Positions 43,220 through 54,569 are shown, counted from the whole stretch's first letter. The stretch is DNA of 63,625 bases, filler included, from Trichomonas gallinae (GCA_008369845.1; 5 parts of 5 records of this genome joined end to end with filler, not necessarily neighbours in it); one strand, 5' to 3'. The notes: generated by a model from the letters alone, not told the origin. Numbers and translations: made by a program.

Positions 43220-43409
43220 TTTAATAAAAAGGGGCTTGAAAAATAAATTAGGGGTCATATTATGATTTTGAAAAATATGCAAGAATGAGATAAAGTTATG
43301 TGGTAAAAAGTGAAACTATATTTATATAGATTCTAATTTTGCTTTTAGATATAATTATCAATTTAAAATTTAGGGTCTTGAAAAATAAATTGGGGGTAAA
43401 ATTAAAAAA

Positions 43410-43604
43410 ATGAGTGAAAGACTTGTTCCTGTTTATGATACAACTGTTGACAAAATTGTTTTCGATCTTTCAGATCCATTGAAGGGACAGAAGTCAGTAC
43501 AAGCATGCAAAATTACAGAAATGGGTTTGATAACAGCTGGTTTCGAAGAATCTTCGTCCTCTTCATCAGATGAAGATTACCAAGCCCCCAAATCGCACAA
43601 ATGA
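43410..43604 (+). CDS. Hypothetical 64-aa protein
   Basis: Coding-like composition. Head-to-head with the F5/8 gene across a duplicated AGGG motif region. Confidence 0.5.
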   Translation: MSERLVPVYDTTVDKIVFDLSDPLKGQKSVQACKITEMGLITAGFEESSSSSSDEDYQAPKSHK

Positions 43605-43912
43605 TCAAAATTGTTTCATTCTCTTTACTAAACTGTTTTTATTTTGAAAAAATTATAAATTAAACTCGATAAAATAGAAATTCTTTAGCAGCAATCTAAT
43701 GTATTCGTCACCAAAAATACAATAAAAGCATCCTCTACTGATAAATCATAATATTTTTTGATCGAGAAATATATATTTCGGTTAAAACTTGTTGTAATCG
43801 AGGATATATACATAAGTGATCGAATGGTTGTGTTTAAGACAAGTTTTGGATAATTTTGTTATTTGAGGGTCCATAAATTATTTAGGGTCTTACACCATTT
43901 CACAACTAAAAA

Positions 43913-45595
43913 ATGGAGGATTTGATTCCAGCGAAAGACTCTGGCATCAAGAACATGGAAAGCGAGAAATTCGAGGAAGCTATCCCCGACTTCACAAAAG
44001 CCATCGATGGACTTGATCCAAAGAACGACAATGAGGCTGTTTTCAAATGCACGTGTCTGGCCAATCGTTCTGGCTGCTATTTGGCAATCGCAAAGCGCGA
44101 AGAGGCAGCAAATGATGCTAATGCAATCATTGAAATCTACCAAAAATTCAGACCAGAAGATGTCCAAGCGAAAATGACTGCGCAGACATTAAAAGAAGAC
44201 AAACTAACCATACCACTCTCTCTTGCGTTCATCAGAAGAGGCAATGTGTTCGAATCACAGCTCCAATTGCTTGAAGCTTTACAACAATACGCACAAGCGA
44301 TTGCTATAAACTTCGAAGGATCCGGTCAAATGGGCATGAGAAGCATTCTCCAGAGACTAGGTGTCCCAGAATACGATCAGAATGATCCAGAACTCAAACC
44401 ATTCGCAGATTTATTGGCTTATTTGCTGGATCCGACTGCTTTGCTCAAAACACTTACTGATATCGTCAAATCTATCAGAGAAGGAGGCCTTGATGAGAAA
44501 CTTGTAAAGAAATACAACACAACTGGATGTTGCCGAATTATATATGGCATAATTCAGCTTTATCTTGGCGAAGAAGTGCTTGTTCTCATGGCAGTTACAA
44601 CAATTAGAACACTTGTTGAGAAGGGTGTCGCTGATTTACTTGCACAAGCTTTAATAATGCGCGCAGTTGCCCAAAACTGGGGTAAAAACCCTGGGGTTAT
44701 GGGTGCCGTTATGAAGTTTTTGATCCTCCTTCCACCACAACTCTTTACTGCCCTCAATGCCGTTGATTTCATGGATCCGATTATTCGAACATTAGATCTT
44801 GAACTAAATGACGAAGAAAAGGATGCAGCATACTACTTACTGTTCCAGCTGCCAGAAACACAGGAACATCTCGGCAAACTCGGAGCAGAAGGCGCTGTTT
44901 CAAAAGCAATTGCTGCGAAATCAAGGAATGCGCTTGTTTTCCTTTCAAAAGCATGTCAGCTTCGTGACAACAGACGCCAATTAGAGACAGAATCAGGAGG
45001 CCCAGACTGGATTTTCGATTTAATCTCAAAGAATCTTGAAGATTTAACAATTATTTCAGCCGCTTCCATTCTTATTACACAGATATTCATGGGAGAAGCT
45101 GATGACAAGGAGAACGGCCTTCCAATCCCATCAGAAGAAGTAATGACTAGTCGCGGAAAGAAAACATACGAACTTTTATTCCCAGTCGCCAAATCTAAGT
45201 CTAAAGAGATCAATTTGGTGTCAAACATATTCGCTGCACTCGCCAGCTGCGTCGAGTACGCGAAGGACTACATCAAGGAGAACAGAGTAGTACAGGCAGC
45301 GTCGGCAATATTAACTATGAACGACAAAGACGAAGGCGTCGCAGTCAACATCATCTCGCTCTTCTACGCTTGCTCAATATACGGCCTCATCGATGAGGTG
45401 AAGCAGACGAGGTCAGCGATGCCTACAATCATGGCGACACTCGCGAAACACTCGACGTCTCTCGTCTTAGTCGAGAGAGCAGTTGCAATAGCGTGCGAGG
45501 TCGACCACCCGAAGAAGATAGAGCTGCTGAAGCCAGCGCTCGAACAGAACCCTACTTCGCCAATCTTAGCGAAGTACAAACATCTGATTGTATAA
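43913..45595 (+). CDS. TPR + ARM-repeat protein (TTC12/UNC45-like architecture)
   Basis: N-terminal TPRs (FEEAIPDFTKAI...CLANRSGCYL...AFIRRGNVFE) followed by helical ARM-like repeats. Confidence 0.8.
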   Translation: MEDLIPAKDSGIKNMESEKFEEAIPDFTKAIDGLDPKNDNEAVFKCTCLANRSGCYLAIAKREEAANDANAIIEIYQKFRPEDVQAKMTAQTLKEDKLTIPLSLAFIRRGNVFESQLQLLEALQQYAQAIAINFEGSGQMGMRSILQRLGVPEYDQNDPELKPFADLLAYLLDPTALLKTLTDIVKSIREGGLDEKLVKKYNTTGCCRIIYGIIQLYLGEEVLVLMAVTTIRTLVEKGVADLLAQALIMRAVAQNWGKNPGVMGAVMKFLILLPPQLFTALNAVDFMDPIIRTLDLELNDEEKDAAYYLLFQLPETQEHLGKLGAEGAVSKAIAAKSRNALVFLSKACQLRDNRRQLETESGGPDWIFDLISKNLEDLTIISAASILITQIFMGEADDKENGLPIPSEEVMTSRGKKTYELLFPVAKSKSKEINLVSNIFAALASCVEYAKDYIKENRVVQAASAILTMNDKDEGVAVNIISLFYACSIYGLIDEVKQTRSAMPTIMATLAKHSTSLVLVERAVAIACEVDHPKKIELLKPALEQNPTSPILAKYKHLIV

Positions 45596-45768
45596 AACTT
45601 TAAGTATAATAGTTGTCATAACCAGACTTGATTATTTTCGAAAACTTTTTAATAATTTTCATTTTACGAAAAAACAATATTAAAATCAAACTTTGTCTGG
45701 GGTAAACATAGAACAACAAACATAATAGATTATTTTATATATTTCAGCTGTGAAATAAATTCAGAATA

Positions 45769-46405
45769 GCAAGAAAATCATTGTGAAATAGCAAAATGTG
45801 GTGAAAATAAAACAAGTTTAGAATCGACAGAACGTGAAATAAAAAATAAGAAAAAAAGATTAAAATTAGTCGAAAAGAATCTGAGACAGAGTGAGTCTTG
45901 TGTTTGGGTCATGGTTAAGGAGTTCTCTGATGAGTAGTTCGTATTCGCGGAATTTCCTGTTTGGTATGGTGAGCTTGTATTCAGTGATGATGACTTGGTC
46001 ACCGACTTCAATGTAAGGGAAAGGGTAAACTCCATATATGAGTATGAATATTGCGAAGCCGAGCTCGAAACAGTCCAACTTCTTCGTTCCGATATTCGTG
46101 ATATTGAACTCAGGAGGCAGGAATGTATCAGTTTTTATCGTGAGCGGGCTGTTTTCTGGCTGTGCGCATGCGAAGTCTGCGATGACGACGTCGCCTGTCC
46201 TTGTGTCTATGAGGAAGTTGTCGAGTTTCAAGTCTCCCCATATGTATCCGATGCTGTGCAGCTCTCTGAGGCACTTGATCATCTTCCACAAAGAGGCAAT
46301 CGTGACTAATTTTAATCTTTTTTCTTATTTTTCATTTCACGTTCTGTCGATTCTAAACTTGTTTTATTTTCACCACATATTACTATTTCACAATGATTTT
46401 CTTGC
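45769..46405. mobile_element. Putative non-autonomous inverted-repeat element carrying a kinase fragment
   Basis: Arms 45769-45871 and 46304-46405 are reverse complements differing by 3 substitutions and a 1-bp indel. No transposase, and no TSD flush with the arms. Confidence 0.55.
45866..46303 (-). pseudogene. Protein kinase fragment (C-lobe only)
   Basis: LHSIGYIWGDLKLDNFL, DFA, FLPPE, DCFELG, YPF and LLNHDPNTRLT are present. No N-lobe; an in-frame stop lies upstream within the right arm. Confidence 0.75.
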
Positions 46406-46622
46406 ATTTTCACACAATTTTTTAATATAATATTTTTTCACAAACCAAATCTATTGAAATGGTCTCTTTGCTGTGAAATTTATTGATTTTAACGTTATTG
46501 ATTTGTAATTCTTGTAGTATATGTTTGAGAAATGAAATTATCTAAAATGAAGAATAGTAGTAGCTTAAAGCACAGATAACAAACATTTTATAGTATAATA
46601 ACAAACAAAGTAAGCTTAAAAA

Positions 46623-47354
46623 TTAAACATTTGGATCTTCTTTTATTGATTCGTGATCATTATCATCATCATAGACGACCAGAGCGAATGTAACCTTAGC
46701 AACATCTTCCCTCCACGTTGCACAAATGATTAAAGTGCATGCGTAAAAGATAACATTTGCAATTGCAGTAACTGTCATGTAACGGTAACTGTTGAAGACT
46801 GAATAAGGTAACACTTGGAAAATCGAAGAAATTAGTTGAATAACAATTAAAATCAGTCTAAAATTCCAAACAAATTTGTCTGTGTAAGGTTTTGAAACAA
46901 TTTGGAAGAACATCCAGCCAACGTCGACTAAAATCAGCAAGATTATGATGCAAATCATTTGCCCGAGAACAGATGTAGAAAAAGGACATCCACCAATTGC
47001 GACAGTATTCAACCAAAATATCAGCATCCAAATGTATATCATGTACATAGTGTTTTGCGCAAAGTCCATGAATAGTCTTCCGTAGACACTGTAGAGATAA
47101 GTATTTAATACGACATAAAAGCCTAGAATTGGCGCTGACGCTGACATAATGATATCGTTGAAGTATCCTATTTCAGTTTCCGATATGCCTGGGAAATATC
47201 CTATGAATCTGCCTTGTAGAAAAAAAAATATATTCGACGCAACAGCTAAAGCGAAAAATACGTAAGTAGTCAGCAGCATCAGCCATGAAAGATCCAGCCA
47301 AAGTGGGACAATGTAAATATTTTGAGTTTTTGTGCCCGATTCAGCGGAATTCAT
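46623..47354 (-). CDS. Six-TM membrane protein, Frag1/DRAM/Sfk1-like
   Basis: About six hydrophobic segments, with YFPGISET after TM1. ATG 47354. Confidence 0.6.
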   Translation of the reverse strand: MNSAESGTKTQNIYIVPLWLDLSWLMLLTTYVFFALAVASNIFFFLQGRFIGYFPGISETEIGYFNDIIMSASAPILGFYVVLNTYLYSVYGRLFMDFAQNTMYMIYIWMLIFWLNTVAIGGCPFSTSVLGQMICIIILLILVDVGWMFFQIVSKPYTDKFVWNFRLILIVIQLISSIFQVLPYSVFNSYRYMTVTAIANVIFYACTLIICATWREDVAKVTFALVVYDDDNDHESIKEDPNV

Positions 47355-47487
47355 TAAAAAATATAAAAAAATAAAACTATTGAACAATCAATGAACACAG
47401 TCCTTTGTGCTTTATATTTCATCTCTATCAACTTAAAAACAGCAGAAAAGCAAATAAAATATCAAAAATTATAAAATCAACCCTATT

Positions 47488-47724
47488 TGCTTTTTCTCTT
47501 AACAATATAGCTCTAATCTTGCTATATAAATATAAATCTGTTAACTCGGTTCTTTTTGTTAATTAACTAATTTATTATAACTTTTTTTGACTTTTATCTT
47601 GCCTATATATGTCTATTCTTGTTATATAAATATAATTCAGTTAACTCAATTGTTTCTGTTAATGAACTGATATATATTAACTCTTTTTGGCTTCTCTCTT
47701 AAATATATATGTCTATTCTTGCTA
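47488..47724. repeat. Diverged 100-bp tandem repeat (about 2.4 copies)
   Basis: Units start at 47518, 47618 and 47718 (CTTGYTATATAAATATAA..GTTAACTC...TATATATGTCTATT). Confidence 0.85.
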
Positions 47725-47734
47725 ATTATCATAT

Positions 47735-49093
47735 TTATGACGTTTGTTCTTGTATTTGTTTGAATTTTGCATCAGTTATCGATAAAATTAAATTTGCTGT
47801 TTCAACTAATGGATCATTGCCTTCTGGGTCGTCTTCCATTGCTATTTCTTCTATATAATCGCGTATTTCTCCGCATCTAGTAAAAACATTGAAATATTCT
47901 TCTCCTTCACCAGAATTGAATATTTCGTCATTGATTACGTGACTTAGTGCTTCTAATAGAAACTCATTCACTTCTCTATCTTCGATTTCAAAGTATGGTA
48001 ATAGAAATTCTAAAGATCCTTGAGCCATGATGAATCGGTAAAGTTCTTTCTCTTGGATATGCTCTGGATACGGATCTGTTAATATGTTCAAAAGAATTTT
48101 CAAAGATAATTTTCTTGATTCAAACGTAGCATCTTGGCTGAAGTTAGAAAAAAGCTCGGCATAGTTATGAGCAAGTAAAATAGAACTAAAATCAAGAATA
48201 TCGCAGCATTGAAGTAAAAAATTCAAAATTTTTTGTTGAGCTGATGGGTCTACGTTGACCAAAATATCAAATACGTTTTCTGGCCAATCTTCTGGAAGAT
48301 TATCTAGTGTTTTTTCATGGGATTTTTGAATAAATGTCGATAAACATAATAAAGCGGATTCAAAATCAACATCGCAGTGCTTTATACGTAAAAATATAAG
48401 GTATGGAAAGTCGTTGTTGATGAAATTCGGTATGATTTTGGCAGTCTTATTGATAACATTTGTTATAATTGTAAAAGCATCGTTCATGAAGACATTTATA
48501 TCGGATTCAACGGCTACAAGTAACATATTAACGAATTTACACCAAAAAAGATAATGTTTGAACTCTAAATCATCATTTTCATTTTCGATCTTCATCGAAT
48601 GTAGAGATAATTGGTGTAATAATCGCAAAAACTCAGCATATATGTCACTATATGTTGAAATACACTCCAATAAATAAGCTTTGTAGCCTCTTCGAGGAGC
48701 AATTACAAGTTTGTCGAATAATTCTATTAAATTCTGGCTAAAAAAGAAATCTGCAATCTTTGTGCACGAAATGCAGTTAGTTAATATGCTTAATATAGGG
48801 CAAACTAATTCATATCGAATATCGCTCATTAAAATTCCATACATAAATGGAATTAGTTCTATCTTACCGAATGGGTCCGTGACGATCTTCGATGCAGCTT
48901 GTGGGAAATTGGAATAGTATTGTATAATTTGTATAGATAAATTTTGAACATCAGGATCTTTACCATTTATGAAGTTGGAAACAGCATCATTAAATTCCTC
49001 TTCCGAAAACTCTTGTGTTGTCTCATCCTTTTTTTCATCAGGTTTCTCGTTAAACCCATCCACTGATTTTACATCATCATTTTTGTAATCCAT
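47735..49093 (-). CDS. Hypothetical ARM/HEAT-like helical repeat protein
   Basis: Acidic, Leu/Ile-rich helical ORF with an importin-alpha-like tail (ATFESRKLSLKILLNI). ATG 49093. Confidence 0.7.
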   Translation of the reverse strand: MDYKNDDVKSVDGFNEKPDEKKDETTQEFSEEEFNDAVSNFINGKDPDVQNLSIQIIQYYSNFPQAASKIVTDPFGKIELIPFMYGILMSDIRYELVCPILSILTNCISCTKIADFFFSQNLIELFDKLVIAPRRGYKAYLLECISTYSDIYAEFLRLLHQLSLHSMKIENENDDLEFKHYLFWCKFVNMLLVAVESDINVFMNDAFTIITNVINKTAKIIPNFINNDFPYLIFLRIKHCDVDFESALLCLSTFIQKSHEKTLDNLPEDWPENVFDILVNVDPSAQQKILNFLLQCCDILDFSSILLAHNYAELFSNFSQDATFESRKLSLKILLNILTDPYPEHIQEKELYRFIMAQGSLEFLLPYFEIEDREVNEFLLEALSHVINDEIFNSGEGEEYFNVFTRCGEIRDYIEEIAMEDDPEGNDPLVETANLILSITDAKFKQIQEQTS

Positions 49094-49326
49094 CGATAAA
49101 TGATATATAAACAATATCTTTTTTTGGCTTATATCAACTCATAAATAGTAGTAGATAATATAGAATGAATATCGCAGCACAACTGTGATAATATCATTAT
49201 TCTGGAATTAAATTTAGTTACTTGAAAACTATGAATGTAAAAATATAATTAAATGGATAAAATAACTTCAAAATATCGAGGTTTAAGTTATGAAAGGTCA
49301 ACCAGCTATAAAAATAAGTCTAATTC

Positions 49327-49953
49327 TTACTCCTTGCCCTTAGCAGCTGCAGCAGCTTCAGCAGCCATCTTAGCCTTGGCCTTGAGCTCCTTCTGGATCT
49401 CACGCTTCTCAGCTAATTCCTCAATCTTACCAGAGGAAGCAGCAGCTTCAGCGGCCATCTTGGCCTTAGCCTTGAGTTCCTTCTGGAGCTCACGCTTCTT
49501 CTCCATTTCCTCGAGAAGGCCAGACTGAGCGATAGCCTCGGCTGTGACCTTGGCTTCCTCCTTCTGTTGCTTCTTGATTTCACGCTTCTTCTCCATTTCC
49601 TCGAGAAGGCCAGACTGAGCGATAGCTTCAGCTGTGACCTTAGCGTCTTCCTTCTGCTGCTTCTTGATTTCGCGCTTCTTCTCCATTTCCTCGAGAAGGC
49701 CGGATTGGGCGATTGTTTCGGCTGTAACCTTAGCGTCTTCCTTCTGTTGCTTCTTAATCTCACGCTTCTTCTCCATTTCCTCGAGAAGGCCAGACTGAGC
49801 GATTGACTCAGCTGTGACCTTAGCATCTTCCTTCTGTTGTTTCTTGATTTCGCGCTTCTTTTCCATTTCTTCAATAAGGCCAGACTGGGCAATAGCCTCA
49901 GCTGTGACCTTGGCCTGTGCTGCTTGTTCTGGAGATGCTTCTGGTGCTGACAT
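49327..49953 (-). CDS. Charged 30-aa tandem-repeat protein (AKVTAEAIAQSGLLEEMEKKREIKKQQKED)
   Basis: About six 90-bp repeats, strong codon bias, TCATT just before ATG 49953, AACCGTTT further upstream. Confidence 0.9.
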   Translation of the reverse strand: MSAPEASPEQAAQAKVTAEAIAQSGLIEEMEKKREIKKQQKEDAKVTAESIAQSGLLEEMEKKREIKKQQKEDAKVTAETIAQSGLLEEMEKKREIKKQQKEDAKVTAEAIAQSGLLEEMEKKREIKKQQKEEAKVTAEAIAQSGLLEEMEKKRELQKELKAKAKMAAEAAASSGKIEELAEKREIQKELKAKAKMAAEAAAAAKGKE

Positions 49954-52176
49954 CAGATAAAAATGAAGTCGATTTTCAAAAAATTGTGAAATAAAACGGT
50001 TAGACAAAAAATTTGAGAAAATTTCATCTTAAGAGGAAATAGAACGAAGTATTACTTAAAAATTGCAAATAAATGCTAAAATACCTACTATTACCTTTCG
50101 ATTCGTTTGGTTCGATTTCATACATATAGTTTTATACTCCGTTATGAGGACTATTTTTTCATTCTGTTTCCCGATTACCTTTGTACTATCTGTGCTATGG
50201 GCATATAGAATGGACGTTAAGAATCGTGGCATTGTTTATGTGGGTTAAGTGAGGTGAATCCTTATCAAAATAGAGGACAAATTGAATGGAGATAAATTTT
50301 ATTTGAGACATTTACGCAAAATTTTTTATCAATTTTTTTATAAACATTTTTCTTACTTTATTATATGTCACCCATTTGTTCATATTTTTGCCGGTGGAAA
50401 ATGATTTATATCAATTTCATTTCACTTTTTAGCTCAAAATGTCCCTACACATTTTATCAAACACGAGCTTACATGGATAATAATTTATTGAAAAATATGA
50501 CGATCGTATACTAGTTATTTGACATTATTGGCCCCTTTTTCGCAATAAGATATTTTCATCTTCTGTTACACATGTGCTTTAGTGCTTCGAGACGTAGGAA
50601 TTGACTTCATATCAGATAGTTACAGTATAAAACAGCTTGATTTATAATATACTTCTAGCCAAGTATTCGAAAAAGTGATAAACAAAAAGTGAGATTTTAT
50701 GAGAACTTTTTTTGATATTTGAAATCGCCACATATTATGCATTCGAAAAATGATATTAAAATGCATTTGACATGATTATATTTGCCACACATTATTCGGC
50801 AAATTGGCCTGAATTTACAATCGGTTCATTTTATGCCGGCCACGATTTTTTATTATTATTGATTTGGAATAAAGTGATATAATACTTTTATTTTATCTAT
50901 TTAGATTTTCGATATAAACCTCCAATCACGCTGAAAATATATTTTTTGATATATTTCCAGTATTTCGTTAAAAACAATCACTCTTTTGATCAACAAATGA
51001 ATCTATTTTCAGTAATCTAGCAAAATCTGCAATTTATAAATAGATAGGGGAGGGGAGATAAAATACATATATCAAAGAAAAACGTCTGAAATCGATAATT
51101 CATCGCAGAATATTATTTCATTTTCATATGAAATTTAATATTTCAATTGCATTGACAGAGACTATTATAAATTTCTATATTTTAAGTGTTCGTTAAAAAA
51201 AGTCACTTTTCACGATCACTTTGTTTGTTGTTGTAATATTGAAGTGTCTTCAGATTATCTGAAGAGCTCCGTTACAGCATTCACATCATGTCGATAAATC
51301 ACGGATCTGTCATGATAAATATCCCAAATAATTCTTTTTTCGGAAGAATTATTTACTCAGATTTCATCAATTGTTTGGTAAATTCATTTATAAATCCCTC
51401 TTTTTCAATATCTATTCACCTCGAGTCTTAATTCTCATCTTCAAAATCATCTCGAAAATATCAAAATTAATCATCATTCAAAACTTTTATAGAAATGATT
51501 CACTACCTAAAATAATTCGTTACACAACTTCTCATTACGTAATTTTTTCATTTGAAAAATAACATAATGGAAAAAATCAAAACTGTTTAATCACGAGTAC
51601 CTTAAAATCACATGAAATCTGTACTAAGGCAGTTTTTCAGTTTCTCAAAGCAATATATTTTTATATTTCAAAAATCAAAGAATTATCTGATTTTTCCTTT
51701 TCTGATGCTATTATTATACTTATGAATTTGCAGATGAAGCGTTGTTACAGCCTATTAAGCTTAATATATTTTCAGAATATTCTGATAAATCTAAATTCAT
51801 TAATTTTACTTACTGCGAGCAGTTAGCCTTCGAGTAAAAGCTCACTTTTCTCTAATATAACATTACAAATATGTTGATATTTGAAAAAAAAAATAATAAC
51901 CTGCCATTTTTTTATATTATTAGTGCATTATTTATATATACTCGTCTAATAAATGCAACCCACAAGAACCATATCGAAGTTAATTGATAATTTAAAAAAA
52001 TGAATTTAATCAATTGTTCTTATAATAAAATATTATTGCATAAATCGGTCTGTTATAAGGTGGCTATTATGTATATTCATTAAAAACTATGACTCACTAT
52101 ATAAAAAAGGAGTGATTTTCGATCAATGAAATTAAGCAAGGGACCGAAACTTTTTGAGAGGGGGTAATTGTCATAA

Positions 52177-53535
52177 ATGATTATTGGGAAATATAGACTT
52201 TTTAGGACAATTGGCGACGGGTCCTTCGCAACTGTCAAGCTTGGCTATGATATATTCACTAAGGACCAAGTGGCAGTCAAAATCATAAACAAATGCATGA
52301 TCAAATCACAAGTAGACTATAACCTGCTGATGCAAGAAATTGAAGTTATGCGAAAGTTGGAGCATCCAGGTATAGTAAAATTTTATGATTTTTTAGAAGA
52401 TGACGCTGCTTATTATTTAATTATAGAATATTGCGGTGGTGGAGAATTGTTCGATTTCATTATCTCACGCCAGCGCGTCGAAGAAATCCTCGCCAAAAGA
52501 CTTTTCAAGCAAATTCTTCTCGCAGTTAACTATATTCATTCTCAAAATATTGTTCATCGCGATTTAAAGCCAGAAAATCTTTTACTTACCGAAAATACAA
52601 CAGTCAAGCTTATCGATTTTGGTCTCTGCTCTGTTGAAGCTGATAAACCAATGACAAACAGATGCGGATCAGCCTGCTACATTGCTCCTGAAGCTTTGAC
52701 TCAACCTTCATATATGGGTCAACCAGCGGATGTCTGGGCGCTCGGGGTTATATTATACGCGCTTGTAGATGGATCTTTACCATGGAATTACGAAGATCCT
52801 GATAAAATGTATAAACAAATTACAACTGGCGCATTTGCTCCGCCCAAAGAATTATCTCCAGAATGCTATGACTTAATCCAAAAGATATTTAACCCAGATC
52901 CAACACAGAGACTAACAATTCAACAGATTTTAGCTCATCCTTGGTTCTTTGGAGTTGGCAACGTGTTTCCAATACCGAAACCGCAGTCTAAGGCACCAGA
53001 GTTCCACCTTTCTCTATCTATGGGTGGTTTCTCTTCGAGTAATTTGATGCCTAATCTAAGTAAAAAAGAAGTCGAACCTCAACAGCCGCTTGAAACTATA
53101 TACGAAGATGGCGTGCAACCACCGCCTATAAATCCGCGCCGCCCGAAGGATTCTCCAACATTAAGATCAAAACCGGTTCAGCCGCGTTCAATTTCACTTA
53201 CAACACTTGGAGATGCACAAGATCCGATGTCTCTTCCGGATGATGGTGCAAATACGCATAGAGGTGCAATCTTTTCGCAAACAATTTCTCATCGCGATCC
53301 AAATGGAGTTGCAAATAAGCTCGAAAATACACTGTTGTCACTAGGAATTACATACACGCGTTTATCTGATCTAGAATTTAATATTTGCGCTGGTGATCTA
53401 CAAATTGCCGCAGAAGTTTGTCGCTTATACGGCTTTAGAAACGTCTACGTTGTTTCGTTTAGTAGAACACGCGGTGATAGCTGGTCGTACACTCAATTCG
53501 TTCAAGCTGTTTTGAATACTTTCAAAGATATGTAA
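52177..53535 (+). CDS. CAMKL (AMPK/MARK-like) kinase with C-terminal KA1-like domain
   Basis: IGDGSFATVK, HRDLKPEN, CGSACYIAPE, ADVWALGVILY. C-terminal AEVCRL...VVSFSRTRGDSWSY is KA1-like. Confidence 0.9.
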   Translation: MIIGKYRLFRTIGDGSFATVKLGYDIFTKDQVAVKIINKCMIKSQVDYNLLMQEIEVMRKLEHPGIVKFYDFLEDDAAYYLIIEYCGGGELFDFIISRQRVEEILAKRLFKQILLAVNYIHSQNIVHRDLKPENLLLTENTTVKLIDFGLCSVEADKPMTNRCGSACYIAPEALTQPSYMGQPADVWALGVILYALVDGSLPWNYEDPDKMYKQITTGAFAPPKELSPECYDLIQKIFNPDPTQRLTIQQILAHPWFFGVGNVFPIPKPQSKAPEFHLSLSMGGFSSSNLMPNLSKKEVEPQQPLETIYEDGVQPPPINPRRPKDSPTLRSKPVQPRSISLTTLGDAQDPMSLPDDGANTHRGAIFSQTISHRDPNGVANKLENTLLSLGITYTRLSDLEFNICAGDLQIAAEVCRLYGFRNVYVVSFSRTRGDSWSYTQFVQAVLNTFKDM

Positions 53536-54569
53536 AAATTGTTGTTATTTTTGTCTTTCTAATTCTACCCATTCTATTTCTCAAGTCAACAATTATTCTT
53601 ATTAAGCAAATTTTCAATTTTAGAAAAAAATTGCTCAAACAACAACCCTCGAGTGATTCTTCAATCAAAAATCAGTTTGATAGCCTGCGTTTGCTCTAAT
53701 TCATTGACAAAAATTCTTTAACAAAAATATATCAATAATTCATCGAGAAAATTGCTTCAAATCTTGCAATCTATATATAACATACAACCAAATGTTACAC
53801 TATGAGTTGATTTTGATTTAAACAATAATTAAACTTGATTTGAAAATTCTCCATTTGAAAATTCTCCATTTTGATAATGATATATATTTGAAGATCGTTG
53901 AAAATAACTTTGGGAGCTGAATTACGTGATTTTCTGTATGTTCAGTGTATCTATAGCATTGATTTATCTTCGAATGAATATTTTTGTTGGCAAAAATAAG
54001 GAAATCGACAAATGATACCAAAGTAATATATATATGTGAAATTCAGAAACAAGCTTGTTTTGATATTCAAAAATTCAAATTTTAATTGGAAACATCCTAA
54101 TATTGGAAATTTAGCTATAGTATCTATAATAAATGCAAATAGTAGATTTAAGTTTTGTATAAATCCTTCAAAAATCATAAAAATATTGAAAATTCTGTAA
54201 ATATTGATAATAATTTTTTTCTATTTCTATTACTCGACCAATTATCATTTTTATAAAATTCATAGTTATTTTTCAGATTGTCATGATTTAGAGCCATTAT
54301 CTATACCATTTTCACCAAAATAATAAGAGAAAAAATTTTCGACTGTTTTTTCTATATTAATTCAAGTATGTATTATAAGAATTATCGAATTACATCAAAA
54401 ATTTCAAGATTTAACTTTTAATTCCAAAATCGGTTATTTTTGATTCAATTTTTATCGTTACAAATATAATATGTGATATATGATAGTTTCTAAGCAAAAA
54501 TATGCAATAAAAATGTGCTCCCACGCCCATAAATTATGACATGTAAAATTTTTGACATCATTTTTTTTG

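Noticed and set aside
45778..46430. ORFs 45778-46035 (-) and 46038-46430 (+) sharing TNFNLF.. text
   Set aside because: They result from reading through the inverted-repeat arms.
49253..49892. Repetitive alternative-frame and antisense ORFs over the 30-aa repeat gene
   Set aside because: Shadow ORFs caused by codon bias and repeats.
50008..52176. 2.2-kb divergent intergenic region with short TTG-start ORFs
   Set aside because: AT-rich, F/I/K-biased translations typical of spurious ORFs; no structure found.
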